Origin: Asterionella formosa
Lineage: Eukaryota
Direction: 5' to 3'
DNA: 20,000 bases
Assembly (NCBI GenBank): GCA_002256025.1
Contig: NKIB01012750.1
Coordinates: 51,477-71,476, forward strand
Part shown: one piece after another, positions 1 through 9,700 of the stretch
How the letters are laid out: each line of letters begins with the position of its first letter
How positions within the stretch are numbered: position 1 is the first letter of the stretch
Program-made: the position numbers and the translations under genes
Notes under the pieces: model-generated
Databases searched by the model: none
The model's input: only the letters and a program-made list of their open reading frames with translations
What the model was told of the DNA's origin: nothing

Positions 1-744
1 TCTAAAGTTTTTGTACACCCAGAGTTTGATGACAATACAGCTGTCAACGACATTGCTCTCTTGTTCTTAGATTCACCTGTCTCGGGGATAACTCCAATAG
101 CCCTCAACGATGATTCGTCGATCCCTCTTGCCGGCCAAATCGTACGATTGATCGGAGCTGGCGATACCACAAAAAACGAATCTTGGTCTAACACTACAAG
201 CAAGGAGCTTTGGGAAATAGATCTACCAGTAGTGAACATAGATCAATGCGCTGCCAGTTACCATGATGAAGAATTTGATATCAATTCGACATCCTGGCTT
301 TGTGCTGGAAATGGATCACGCGGTATTTGTTTCCGGGACTCTGGTGCGTGATTTACATCTGTTTCAACTTAATAATGTCAATAATATGAATCAGCTCATG
401 TGATACTTTCATCAATGCTACACACTACAGGTGGACCATATTTTGTCATGGGTACTTCTCCAGCAGATGATATATTGGTTGGGATCGCTTCCCTTGGATC
501 TTCCTGTGAAAATAACACTGTCCCAGATGCTGCCACTAGAATCAGTGCATTTCAAGGCTGGATTTTGTGTGTGTGGGATGGAGTATGCACAGAGAGCTTA
601 TCTCCCACATCTCGTAGTTCCTCGCCCCCAACTGTTGCCCCTACCACAACAACAAGCAACACCATGATGACATCATTTCAACTCTGTAGTTCGTCCGTGC
701 TGTTTGTGTACCTAGTGCCGCTACTCCTTGCTGCCTTCCACTAG
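1..744 (+). CDS. Chymotrypsin/trypsin-family (S1) serine protease, 5' end outside window; exons <1..343 and 431..744
   Basis: Frame 1 from base 1 reads SKVFVHPEFDDNTAVNDIALLFLD (catalytic Asp in DIAL). Splicing 343/431 restores CFRDSG|GP (catalytic Ser motif). This is followed by LVGIASLGSSC, TRISAFQGWI, a Ser/Thr/Pro-rich stalk, a hydrophobic C-terminus and TAG at 742-744. Confidence 0.9.
344..430 (+). other. 87-nt spliceosomal GT-AG intron (phase 1) in the serine protease gene
   Basis: GTGCGT donor at 344 and CTACAG acceptor ending at 430. It is AT-rich and contains an in-frame TGA (349-351). Removing it yields DSGGP. Confidence 0.9.
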
Positions 745-1760
745 CCTTAACGGCATTCACCATATATAGGAGATCCCGGGTATGAATACATGTACCACAT
801 TAATGCTCAGAAATAGAATAAATGCTCGCTGTTCGTTTGGTTGAAAAATAGTTGACACTTTGTCTAGCCCAGTAAATTGTAAGCAATGCACTAAAATTGC
901 GAGAAATGGGACCGTTGCACCAATTGTCACAAGCAGGGGAGGGAGGGGGGGGTACCAGTACTGTAGGTGATGACAGAAAATTGATGATATGGAGATTTTG
1001 AACAAAAACTATTTAATAATAATGCAGTCCGTATTATTTAGTGCGACGCCAGACGATAGTAACATTGATTCTAGCTACCGGTATCCAGAACGCGAACTTT
1101 GATATCGGTAGGATGGACCTGTATGATAATTTAGGCTGTTGAAACATCATACGAAGGAGGGAATACCGCTACCGGTATTATATTTCATACTATGTACCAG
1201 TGACAAACGAATGCTCCAATAACATCGATGCATATAAGGTATCCAAAACCTTAGTATCAATAATCACTCGTACTGTACCCTACACTTAAGAAACACCACT
1301 ACCGGTACCGGTAGATAAAATTCTACCGGCATCATATTCTGAAGGAGTATATGCACCGGTACATGCACATACCGGTAATAAGATAGAGCGTGATTTTTGT
1401 TTCCTGCCTCCTTTCTTCGTTTTTGCCATTATTTTGCACTCCTTGCTTTGTCCTAATTGCATGATATGAGGTACTCCCTCCCTCTGGCTGGGGGAAAACA
1501 ATTACCAGTACGTCAAATCAGGTCCCAGGTACCTGCACCGGTCGCATCTTCTGTCAGCATTCGGGCGCTCCATGTGTACCTGGTACGTATAGCTACATGC
1601 AGCAAGGAGAGAACGAAAGTAACAGTAATATAATTAAGACATATATAAATATTATCACATACGGTATATTGGTACAGCGATGGTCTACGTATGATAGCTA
1701 AGCAAATATCAACGTTTGAAGCAAAACCACCCGCCATGCGCGAAGCACTGTAAATATGTA

Positions 1761-1793
1761 GTACCTGGTACCTGGTACCTGGTACCTGGTACC
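1761..1793. repeat. (GTACCTG)n heptamer tandem repeat, about 4.5 copies
   Basis: gtacctggtacctggtacctggtacctggtacc read directly, about 160 bp upstream of the M16A start codon. Confidence 0.9.
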
Positions 1794-1953
1794 AAGGAGT
1801 TACTCGGAGTAGCTAACAGGAATCATCTTTTTCCATCCTTTGGCTTCTAAATAATATTTTTTAAGTTTCAATCGCTGATGAATAGATAGAACGGAGTACG
1901 GACCATTGTACAACGCAGCGCCAGCACACATGAGCCACTGAAATCCAATCACC

Positions 1954-4854
1954 ATGGCGACCAACGCAACTACAAACTCAATCGAACGGTCCCTCAAGGA
2001 CGAGCGGATCTACCACTCGTTCACCTTGCCCAATAAACTCACATGTCTTGTTATTAGTGATCCCACTACGGACAAGGCCAGCGCGGCATTGGACATCAAC
2101 GTCGGTCAGTATTCCGATACCATTCATGGCATCGCGCATTTCCTGGAACACATGCTGTTCATGGGAACAAGTAAATATCCAGACGAGAACGACTATAACA
2201 AGTACCTTAATTCCCACGGTGGAAATTCTAATGCTTACACGGACTTGGAGCATACCAATTATTACCTGGACGTGTCGGCGGATCAGTTGGAGGGCGCGTT
2301 GGATCGATTTGCACAGTTCTTTGTTGCTCCGTTACTAAAGGAAGACTCGGTTGATCGAGAAAGACAGGCAGTCGACAGTGAACACGCCAAAAACTTGCAA
2401 ACGGACTATTGGCGCTCTTTCCAACTTGTCAAGAGCCAGAGCCGTCCAGATCATCCTTACTGCAAGTTTGGGTCCGGCAATACCGCCACACTGGCAGTTG
2501 AGGGGATCCGGGATCAAGTGCATGGGTTTTATGATGCGCAATATTCTGCCAATCGCATGATGTTGGTAGTTTATGGAAAAGAAGATAGTGCGCAGCTCCA
2601 ATCGTGGGTGGAAACCTACTTTACGGACGTGCCCAACAAAGACTACCCAGTCGATATCTTCCCTGGTGAACCCTTTCGAGGCACCCTGCCCAAACTACTT
2701 TCTGTGGTTCCCGTACGGTCTAGTATATCCTTGGAGCTCTTGTTTCCCATGTGTGAAGTGGATTCCATGTACCTGTCCAAGCCCACACGATACCTTGCTC
2801 ATTTATTGGGCCACGAAGGCACTGGATCTATTTTGTCACTCCTCAAGGAACGTCATTGGGCGCATGATTTGTCGGCAGGTGAATCGCGATCATGTAGCGA
2901 TTGGTCACAGTTTAGCATTTCCGTCACCCTCACAGAATCTGGACTTGTTGCTAAGGAACAAGTTATGGAGTGTATCTTCGCGTATTTGAATCTCCTTCGA
3001 GAGGTTGGACCACAGGAATGGATTCATCACGAAACTGCAACCATTGCAGATATTACCTTTCAATTTTTGTCGAAAAGTGATCCAATGGATTACACGTCCG
3101 CTTTGGCGTGCAAGATGCATCAATTCCCAACGGAACATGTACTGTCTGGATCGTATCGCATTTATGAATACAATGCAGCAAATATTACCAAATGTTTGTC
3201 ATATTTGCGACCTGACAATGTCATAATTTTGGTGTCAGCAAAAGAAATTGAGGGTACTACTGACCATGTCGAGCAATGGTATGGGACTGAGTATAGTGAT
3301 CAGGCTCTGGACGACACATTGGTAGGGAAATTGACTGTCGCCAACGTGGAAAGCGACTGGATGACACCCAAAATGAAACTTCCAGAACAAAATGACATGA
3401 TTCCTACGATGTTTGAGGTTTATACAAATGATGCCCTTCCCAAAGATCATCCCACGCTCCTCATGGATGCTCCCACCTGTCGCTTGTGGTATAAGCCGGA
3501 CAATGTATTTTCCATGCCCAAAGTGAATTTCTTGGGAACACTCCGATCCCCCGTGGCATATGAGTCTCCTCTAGGGACAGTGCTAACCTCGCTGGTTTGT
3601 AACATTCTCACAGAACATTGTAATGAATTCACCTACTTGGCCAGCATGGCTGGATTGCACTCCTATTTCTCTGCCACCAGAACAGGAATTGAACTGCACA
3701 TGTCGGGATATTCTCACAAGATGGATAGACTCTTAGCTCGATTGTTGCTCACCATGAAGGATATGACCACTACATTGACACAAGATCTGTTGGATCGACT
3801 GTCGGACAAGATGAAACGTCAATTGGATAACTTTGCTGTTTCGCCACCCTATCAACATGCAATGTATGGTGCTGATTTAGTGCTGTTAGAAACAAAATGG
3901 ACGACGGAACAAAAGGTGGAAGCCCTCGCTTCTGTCTCGAAATCACAACTGGAAGAATTTTACAATCGATTCTTGGGACGATTTCATTTGGAAGCGCTGG
4001 TGCACGGGAATGTCACCCCCGAACAGGCCAAATCGCTTACCATGTCCTTGTTGGATTCCTTGGCACCGTCAGTTCCGTTTGCCGTACCTGAACAGCGTGT
4101 CGTTCAATTAACTCAAGGTCGTGAGCATGTTTATCGATTCGAAGAATTCAATCCCGAAAATACAAACTCTTGCTTGGAGGTCATTTACCAAATGGGACCA
4201 TTGGCCTTGGTAGACAATGCTCTCTTGGCTTTAGTCCATCATCTCATTAAGGAACCTGCCTTCAATGAATTGCGTACCGAAGAGCAGCTCGGATATTTAG
4301 TCCATACTAGTATTTCTACCAGTGGCGATGACATCAAAGGCCTTCTCGTGATGATTCAATCGGATGCATTCGACCCCTTGCATTTGGATAAGCGCGTGGA
4401 AGCATTTCTGGAACGCTTTCGCACCACTCTGGTGCACATGACTATTGATGACTTTAAGACAAATGTTGACGCTGTGGTGAAGAATTTCTTGGAACAGAAT
4501 AAGAATTTGGGAGAAGAATCGACGCGGTACTGGGATGCCATTACGAAGCGAAACTACATGTTTCATAAATACCAACGCATTGCAGAGTATGTCAAGGTCG
4601 CAACAAAGAATCAAGTGCTCATCTTTTTGGACCGTTACGTGTGTAAGGGGTCTCCGCATAGGAACAAACTGTCTATTCAAGTGTTTTCCAAAGCGCATGT
4701 TGACCAAATGGACGAAACCGTGGAGGAGGATGTGACTCTAATCAAAGACACGGTGGAGTTCAAGCGTGGTCTACCCCTGTTTCCATTGCCGGCGACTGTG
4801 GCGGTGCAGGACTTCTGCACGACAAAGTTCACGGACAATGCCAGAACCAAATAA
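1954..4854 (+). CDS. IDE: Insulysin-like (insulin-degrading enzyme, M16A/pitrilysin family) zinc metalloendopeptidase, 966 aa, intronless
   Basis: Inverted zinc motif GIAHFLEHMLFMGTSKYPDEN, plus NAYT, AVDSEH (third zinc ligand), FGSGN, HLLGHEG and FNELRTEEQLGY. Length is typical of IDE. Confidence 0.95.
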   Translation: MATNATTNSIERSLKDERIYHSFTLPNKLTCLVISDPTTDKASAALDINVGQYSDTIHGIAHFLEHMLFMGTSKYPDENDYNKYLNSHGGNSNAYTDLEHTNYYLDVSADQLEGALDRFAQFFVAPLLKEDSVDRERQAVDSEHAKNLQTDYWRSFQLVKSQSRPDHPYCKFGSGNTATLAVEGIRDQVHGFYDAQYSANRMMLVVYGKEDSAQLQSWVETYFTDVPNKDYPVDIFPGEPFRGTLPKLLSVVPVRSSISLELLFPMCEVDSMYLSKPTRYLAHLLGHEGTGSILSLLKERHWAHDLSAGESRSCSDWSQFSISVTLTESGLVAKEQVMECIFAYLNLLREVGPQEWIHHETATIADITFQFLSKSDPMDYTSALACKMHQFPTEHVLSGSYRIYEYNAANITKCLSYLRPDNVIILVSAKEIEGTTDHVEQWYGTEYSDQALDDTLVGKLTVANVESDWMTPKMKLPEQNDMIPTMFEVYTNDALPKDHPTLLMDAPTCRLWYKPDNVFSMPKVNFLGTLRSPVAYESPLGTVLTSLVCNILTEHCNEFTYLASMAGLHSYFSATRTGIELHMSGYSHKMDRLLARLLLTMKDMTTTLTQDLLDRLSDKMKRQLDNFAVSPPYQHAMYGADLVLLETKWTTEQKVEALASVSKSQLEEFYNRFLGRFHLEALVHGNVTPEQAKSLTMSLLDSLAPSVPFAVPEQRVVQLTQGREHVYRFEEFNPENTNSCLEVIYQMGPLALVDNALLALVHHLIKEPAFNELRTEEQLGYLVHTSISTSGDDIKGLLVMIQSDAFDPLHLDKRVEAFLERFRTTLVHMTIDDFKTNVDAVVKNFLEQNKNLGEESTRYWDAITKRNYMFHKYQRIAEYVKVATKNQVLIFLDRYVCKGSPHRNKLSIQVFSKAHVDQMDETVEEDVTLIKDTVEFKRGLPLFPLPATVAVQDFCTTKFTDNARTK

Positions 4855-5042
4855 ACAAAAATTAATTCTGTTTCAATTCACTTGTTTACAACTTCTGGTA
4901 TAGATACCATTCCCTTGAGCATTTTTGCATTTGCTGGTTTCCTTTAGATCTCAGACTGTCATTCTGGTTGATTCACAACAAAAAATCCTACATAGTATAT
5001 ATATATACATAGCACATAGGGGGAATGGCTTCGTGGTTAAGC

Positions 5043-5133
5043 ACCACATTGCCTTTGATCTGAGGTTTTGTGGTTGGATTTCTTCAATTTTTTTGAGAAG
5101 CAGTTGTTGGGTTCAACTCCCACACTCCTTACC
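5043..5133 (-). repeat. Dispersed repeat, probable TE fragment; inverted copy of 9101..9191
   Basis: Manual ungapped alignment to the reverse complement of 9101..9191 gives 74/91 identical bases. The same frame is open in both copies (VRSVGV[E/A]P[N/S]NCFS[K/I]KL...DQ[R/T]QCG). Confidence 0.8.
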
Positions 5134-5596
5134 ATCCTGAACAGTCTTGCCTGGTGTGCAAGAAATAGTGGGTCAACCCCTACAAGCAGCTTGTGCCACC
5201 TTCCTAGGTGGTCAGAGTTTCCCCCTATACCATGGCTAAGACAATCACGGTTGGGGACTCACCTACACTAACAAAACTAGGGAAGCACAGGTCTTATTGG
5301 CAGGTAGCACAATGAAGTACTTGCCTAGAAATAGGGAAGTACAATGAGCTATAAAACAAATCAAAATTTTATTTTTTATTTAGCACAGAGGTAGGTACCA
5401 GTATATATTGGAATTATGGATTCTGATCCAGCCAATCATAGTCAAACAAGTGATGTGGTTGGCTAATATAAATATCCATCACAATCCAATTCATAGAACC
5501 TACCACATCACATTTCTACAACGAAACATGATACCAGGGCTAAAAGTTCGAAAAATATTATTGTTGTTACTTTGCGATTTTCAACTTCTTCATATT

Positions 5597-5683
5597 TCAG
5601 CCAATCTTGGCCACATTTCAGATCTAAGCTCACCGTATTTTTATTAGCTTAGCTAAGTCTAAAATGTGGCCAAGATTGGCTGA
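5597..5683. repeat. Perfect 22-bp inverted repeat with 43-nt spacer (hairpin)
   Basis: TCAGCCAATCTTGGCCACATTT (5597-5618) and AAATGTGGCCAAGATTGGCTGA (5662-5683) are exact reverse complements. Confidence 0.9.
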
Positions 5684-6034
5684 CAAATAAAAGAAATCAT
5701 TTCCGATCAACCTCTCATTTCCTTTTTCTTGTTGATTGCAGTGACAAAACGAAATTAATTTAGCTTTAAACAATGCAAATTGCCCTTTTAATCACATCTA
5801 ATTTGTAGCACAACATCATGTTGCATTTGATAATAATTGGGTTTCTATGTATGAAATACTGATCACATTTAAAGTACAATACGAAATCCTGCGTTTGGGT
5901 AACTTTGGAAAAAAGTGACCTAAACATAATGTGTTTTGGTAACTTATTGGCATATGGGCACGGAATCCTTTAAAGCAAACGCGTTTGCGTGCCGTCGGGT
6001 TTTTCACTCCCGTTTGCACGGTTTTTTAGGGTTC

Positions 6035-6061
6035 CCAAAACTAAACACTGTTTAGTTTTGG
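6035..6061. repeat. 27-bp palindrome (13-bp arms, 1-nt centre)
   Basis: CCAAAACTAAACA-C-TGTTTAGTTTTGG read directly. Confidence 0.85.
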
Positions 6062-6130
6062 TCCACCGTTAGCAACGTTCTTACATACGGTAATTGGAGT
6101 GCGAACTGAATTACAGAAACCTGGTTCAGG

Positions 6131-6627
6131 TACGTGGGAGGTACGGGAAAATCCGTACTTCCTCGGTATGTGGAGAATTCCTTATGTATGTATGGTGCAC
6201 AGACCTCGCTGTTTATTTACCAAACATAATGCAAATTCAAGTCGTGCGTTCTTTTGCGAAGTTCGCGTACTCCGCCTTCTAGAAAAGTACGCGCGACTAT
6301 CATTTCTTCAAAATTTGAGCTCTCAAAAGGCATTAAACATCCAGGGGGAATATTTACATTTCTTCCAATAGATGGCAAGAAATCGTATACCTGGTAGTAT
6401 CACACTCAGAGAGTTCGAACGAAAAGACCTTGAAAGACCGCAATAAAACGTGAAGTTCGCAAAAGAACGAAAAATCCGGATATATATGACGTTTCTTCGG
6501 TCTTTTGCGAGCGTCGCGTTCTTTTTCTTTTGTTTCGGATAACGTGATACGAGGTCGATTTTGGATGAAACACAGTTTTTGCACGTGACTTTTTGTACTT
6601 GAGAGTTTCCGTCAACTCCCTCGCATA
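6131..6627. mobile_element. Possible degenerate MITE (non-autonomous Tc1/mariner-like element)
   Basis: The left end TACGTGGGAGGTACGGGAAA resembles the reverse complement of the right end (TATGCGAGGGAGTTGACGGAAA). There is an internal 22-bp inverted pair, 6247-6268 and 6448-6469, with 2 mismatches. No credible ORF. Confidence 0.35.
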
Positions 6628-7512
6628 CACCTGGTACCTGGTACTCTCTTGTACCTGCTAGTAATTCTCGCCAATACAGAACACATGGATTGTACCGGTA
6701 TACTGGTAAAAGCTTGACACCCCTGTCCCGACCATCGTACATACCGGAATACTCATTATACGCACATCCTGGACGACAAGAATGTGATAATTTTGTTGGT
6801 TCACATCGACTACCGGTACATGCATACCGTTGCGATTACCAGGTACCTGTGCCACGTGGGGTGTACTCCGAGTGTTCTAGTAACAGCGAATGCATAAAGA
6901 AATAGCACCACATGCATATGGAAGCAGTACGCTCAAATGTACTTGCCTGTTCAAATAGCCTACAGTACCTGGTACCTGGTACCCATACGACATCAGATTC
7001 TAATGTATGGTACCAGGGTACCTGGTGCCAGGTACCAGGTACCGTACCGCTAGTCATGATCACTCCGTATTGTGTGCAGCTGATTTTGTACCAGGCACCT
7101 GAGGAGTATACATAGCTGCTACCGGTATTCAAAATTACGTTGAAAATTCCAATCATTTACGTCGGGTTCCTGCTGTCGTGTCGTGTCCTGGTTTTGAAGG
7201 ACAACGGTTAGGCATGAAATAAAAATATAAGAACGAATTAATTCTGAAAATTCTACACACGTTGTACCTGTACGTATGTATAACATATATTTTATTCATT
7301 ATACCCGAATATATTTTTTCATGGGGGGCTGCTTTTTTCGTTTTTAATTTGCTCATATGTAATCACCTCACTCGTCAGGCAGTGTGGTTCCATCGCATTT
7401 GTCACTTCCATGAGTGTTTTGTTAATCATTACCTAGCAACTTTGGTTCCATACATCCATCTCTCTATTTTACCCAACACACATCACATCACGCAACTCCA
7501 CGTAACGCAAGA

Positions 7513-8568
7513 ATGAAATGGTTTTCTGGCGCTTGTTGGGCCTTTTGCGCAGTTTGTACGGCTCCTTCGTTGTTGCAGCCCAACAGAAATTTGTCACTGT
7601 CACTGCGAGGTGGAGGCGGTGCAGCCGGGAAATCCGTAACATCTCTGGTATATCGTCTTGGCATCTTGCTGAGATCGAAGCCAATCATTCGAAACAGTTT
7701 GGCCTGCATGTGTCTCTCTGCCATTGGCGATATATTGGCACAACGATTTGAATTATTGCAAAATGCAAAAGCAAGGAAAGCGACGCACAATGCGATAAAG
7801 ACAACTAACAACGCAAACGACCAAGAACTTGAGCTTCTCAATTTAAATCGAACGTTGACGCTGGCGTCCTTTGGACTGATCGTGGCAGGACCGTTGTATT
7901 CCATGTGGTACCCGTTTTTGGAGGGATTGTGTCATCCCTGGTCCTTGTCGAAATACGGACTTTGGGCCACACCGATTGCCAAAATGATGATTGAAATGAC
8001 TTTTCTAGAACCACTATTTTTGTCATTATTCTTTGGATACATGACATTGGCCGAAGGAGGGACTGTGGAAATGTATCAACACAAAATGGCATCGGAATTC
8101 TTACCGACCTACAAGACCAGTTTGGCTGTGTGGCCGCCCTACATGTTGGTAAGCTTTCGGTTCGTTCCTGTTGCAGCTCAAACCATTGCTATGAATTTGG
8201 CAATGGCCTTTTGGGATGCTTTTCTATCTTATCAAAATGCACGAACCATGATGTTACTGTCCTTGATGGAGGAAACCATTGAGGATTCGACCCGAAGTAA
8301 AACGCTTTCACCGTCCGCATTGCTCCAAGAGATTAGTGTTACTACAAATACAAGCACTCATTCATATCTTAGACCGAACGTCCAGGAGGATAAACCAACC
8401 TTTGATCGAATGGGAGTACCAACTTCTCGGTTGGGTCAACCCACCACCAAGAACAACGACGTTCAGAACAGTAGCATTCAAGAAGACGAGAGGATCACGG
8501 ACGACGACGACAAGGACGATGAATGGAACTCACAAGACGAGGAAAATGAGGTATATGCGACTGATTAG
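7513..8568 (+). CDS. Mpv17/PMP22 family membrane protein (paralog A), 351 aa, with N-terminal leader and acidic C-terminal extension
   Basis: Family motifs LSAIGDILAQ, LNRTLTLASFG..GP...WY, KMMIE...EP, TYKTSLAVWP...FRFVP and N....WDAFLS. Four hydrophobic segments. Confidence 0.9.
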   Translation: MKWFSGACWAFCAVCTAPSLLQPNRNLSLSLRGGGGAAGKSVTSLVYRLGILLRSKPIIRNSLACMCLSAIGDILAQRFELLQNAKARKATHNAIKTTNNANDQELELLNLNRTLTLASFGLIVAGPLYSMWYPFLEGLCHPWSLSKYGLWATPIAKMMIEMTFLEPLFLSLFFGYMTLAEGGTVEMYQHKMASEFLPTYKTSLAVWPPYMLVSFRFVPVAAQTIAMNLAMAFWDAFLSYQNARTMMLLSLMEETIEDSTRSKTLSPSALLQEISVTTNTSTHSYLRPNVQEDKPTFDRMGVPTSRLGQPTTKNNDVQNSSIQEDERITDDDDKDDEWNSQDEENEVYATD

Positions 8569-8769
8569 AAATCATTAAATTCTTGTCGCAATCATGTTTA
8601 TACTTTGATCAATATGCTACACTATGTAGCAGTCTATGTCATGTAACTCTTTATCATCACAGGGGAGCTCCTTTCGATTCATTTTCAGATCAAGCGCTCT
8701 CCCTTCACCTAACCTGTGATATACTCATGCACAGTAGAATAGCTCTTGAGTTGTTAAAACGATTCTAAG

Positions 8770-9700
8770 AGCAATGCATCAATCCCACAAACTTCAATGA
8801 TTCCAGACAATTCAAACTTATCACTTTGATCACATCCCATTTATAAAATGGCATTTGTACATAATGGCAGGCATGAGATCCAAAAATTAATGTCCTAGAT
8901 TAGTCTTGGTTTTTACGGAGCTCCTACTAAAAGGATGGCAGGAGAGTGTATGTGTGGAGAATAGTCTACAGGTTGCCTCGAAAACTTCAGTCGCAGCCAT
9001 ACCATAAATTTATACCCTTTTTCAATTTTAGAAAAATTGACTAAGATACTAAATTAGTACATTCATTGAACTAGTAGTGCCTTGTTGTTTTATGTGAGCC
9101 GGTCAGGAGTGTGGGAGTTGCACCAAGTAATTGCTTCTCAATTAAATTGCGGGAATTGAACCACACAACTTTAGATCAAACGCAATGTGGTCAACCAACT
9201 ACCGTATCAAGCCATTGCCTTGCTGTCACTAGATTCGTAGCAGACAAAGTTGGCAAAATAACATGACTAACCAAAGATGTGGCGGCTGGGCGCTTTAAAC
9301 TGGGAACGGAAACATTGGGCAATATGACTAGGAGGAAAAGACGAGCAGAGGAGAAGGAGAGTGAGAAAGCGAATCAGAAAGTTATGGATTATAAAACAAC
9401 GTGAAACAAGGTGCAAAGGATCAGAGTGCTTAACAAACAGCCACACAAATGGATGGTGGCACAAACAAAAACGATGGTGTTGGGGTAGTACAAACAAATT
9501 GGCGATGCACACATGACCTGCAACAAAACAACTACCACTGCTTACCAGGTATGTTGATACAATGGGACATGGCGATGCACCAGTCCAGTTGTCAGAGCCA
9601 TACTGCCACCAGCAGCCTCAGCTGAAGAGGACAACAAGGATGGAAGTTGTGGTGACAGAAGTGTGATTTATGTGTTTGCATAATAAATTGATGTCAGTTG
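8770..9700 (+). mobile_element. Decayed coding remnant, probably the C-terminal part of a DNA transposon ORF (family not determined; boundaries approximate)
   Basis: One frame from 9102 reads VRSVGVAPSNCFSIKL...KIT*LTKDVAAGRFKLG...RRKRRAEEKESEK...T*NKVQRIRVLNKQPHKWMVAQTKTMVLG*YKQIGDA with scattered stops. Part of it has a second copy at 5043..5133. Confidence 0.45.

Noticed and set aside
61..351. Separate 96-aa and 114-aa ORFs, or a truncated protease
   Set aside because: They are two exons of one gene joined by the intron at 344-430.
1978..4735. Short alternative-frame and antisense ORFs within IDE
   Set aside because: Expected shadows of a long CDS, with no motifs of their own.
6094..7356. 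Several overlapping 60-140 aa ORFs, some with VPGT/WYQ repeats
   Set aside because: No recognisable domains; the peptides come from GGTACC repeats and MITE-like DNA.
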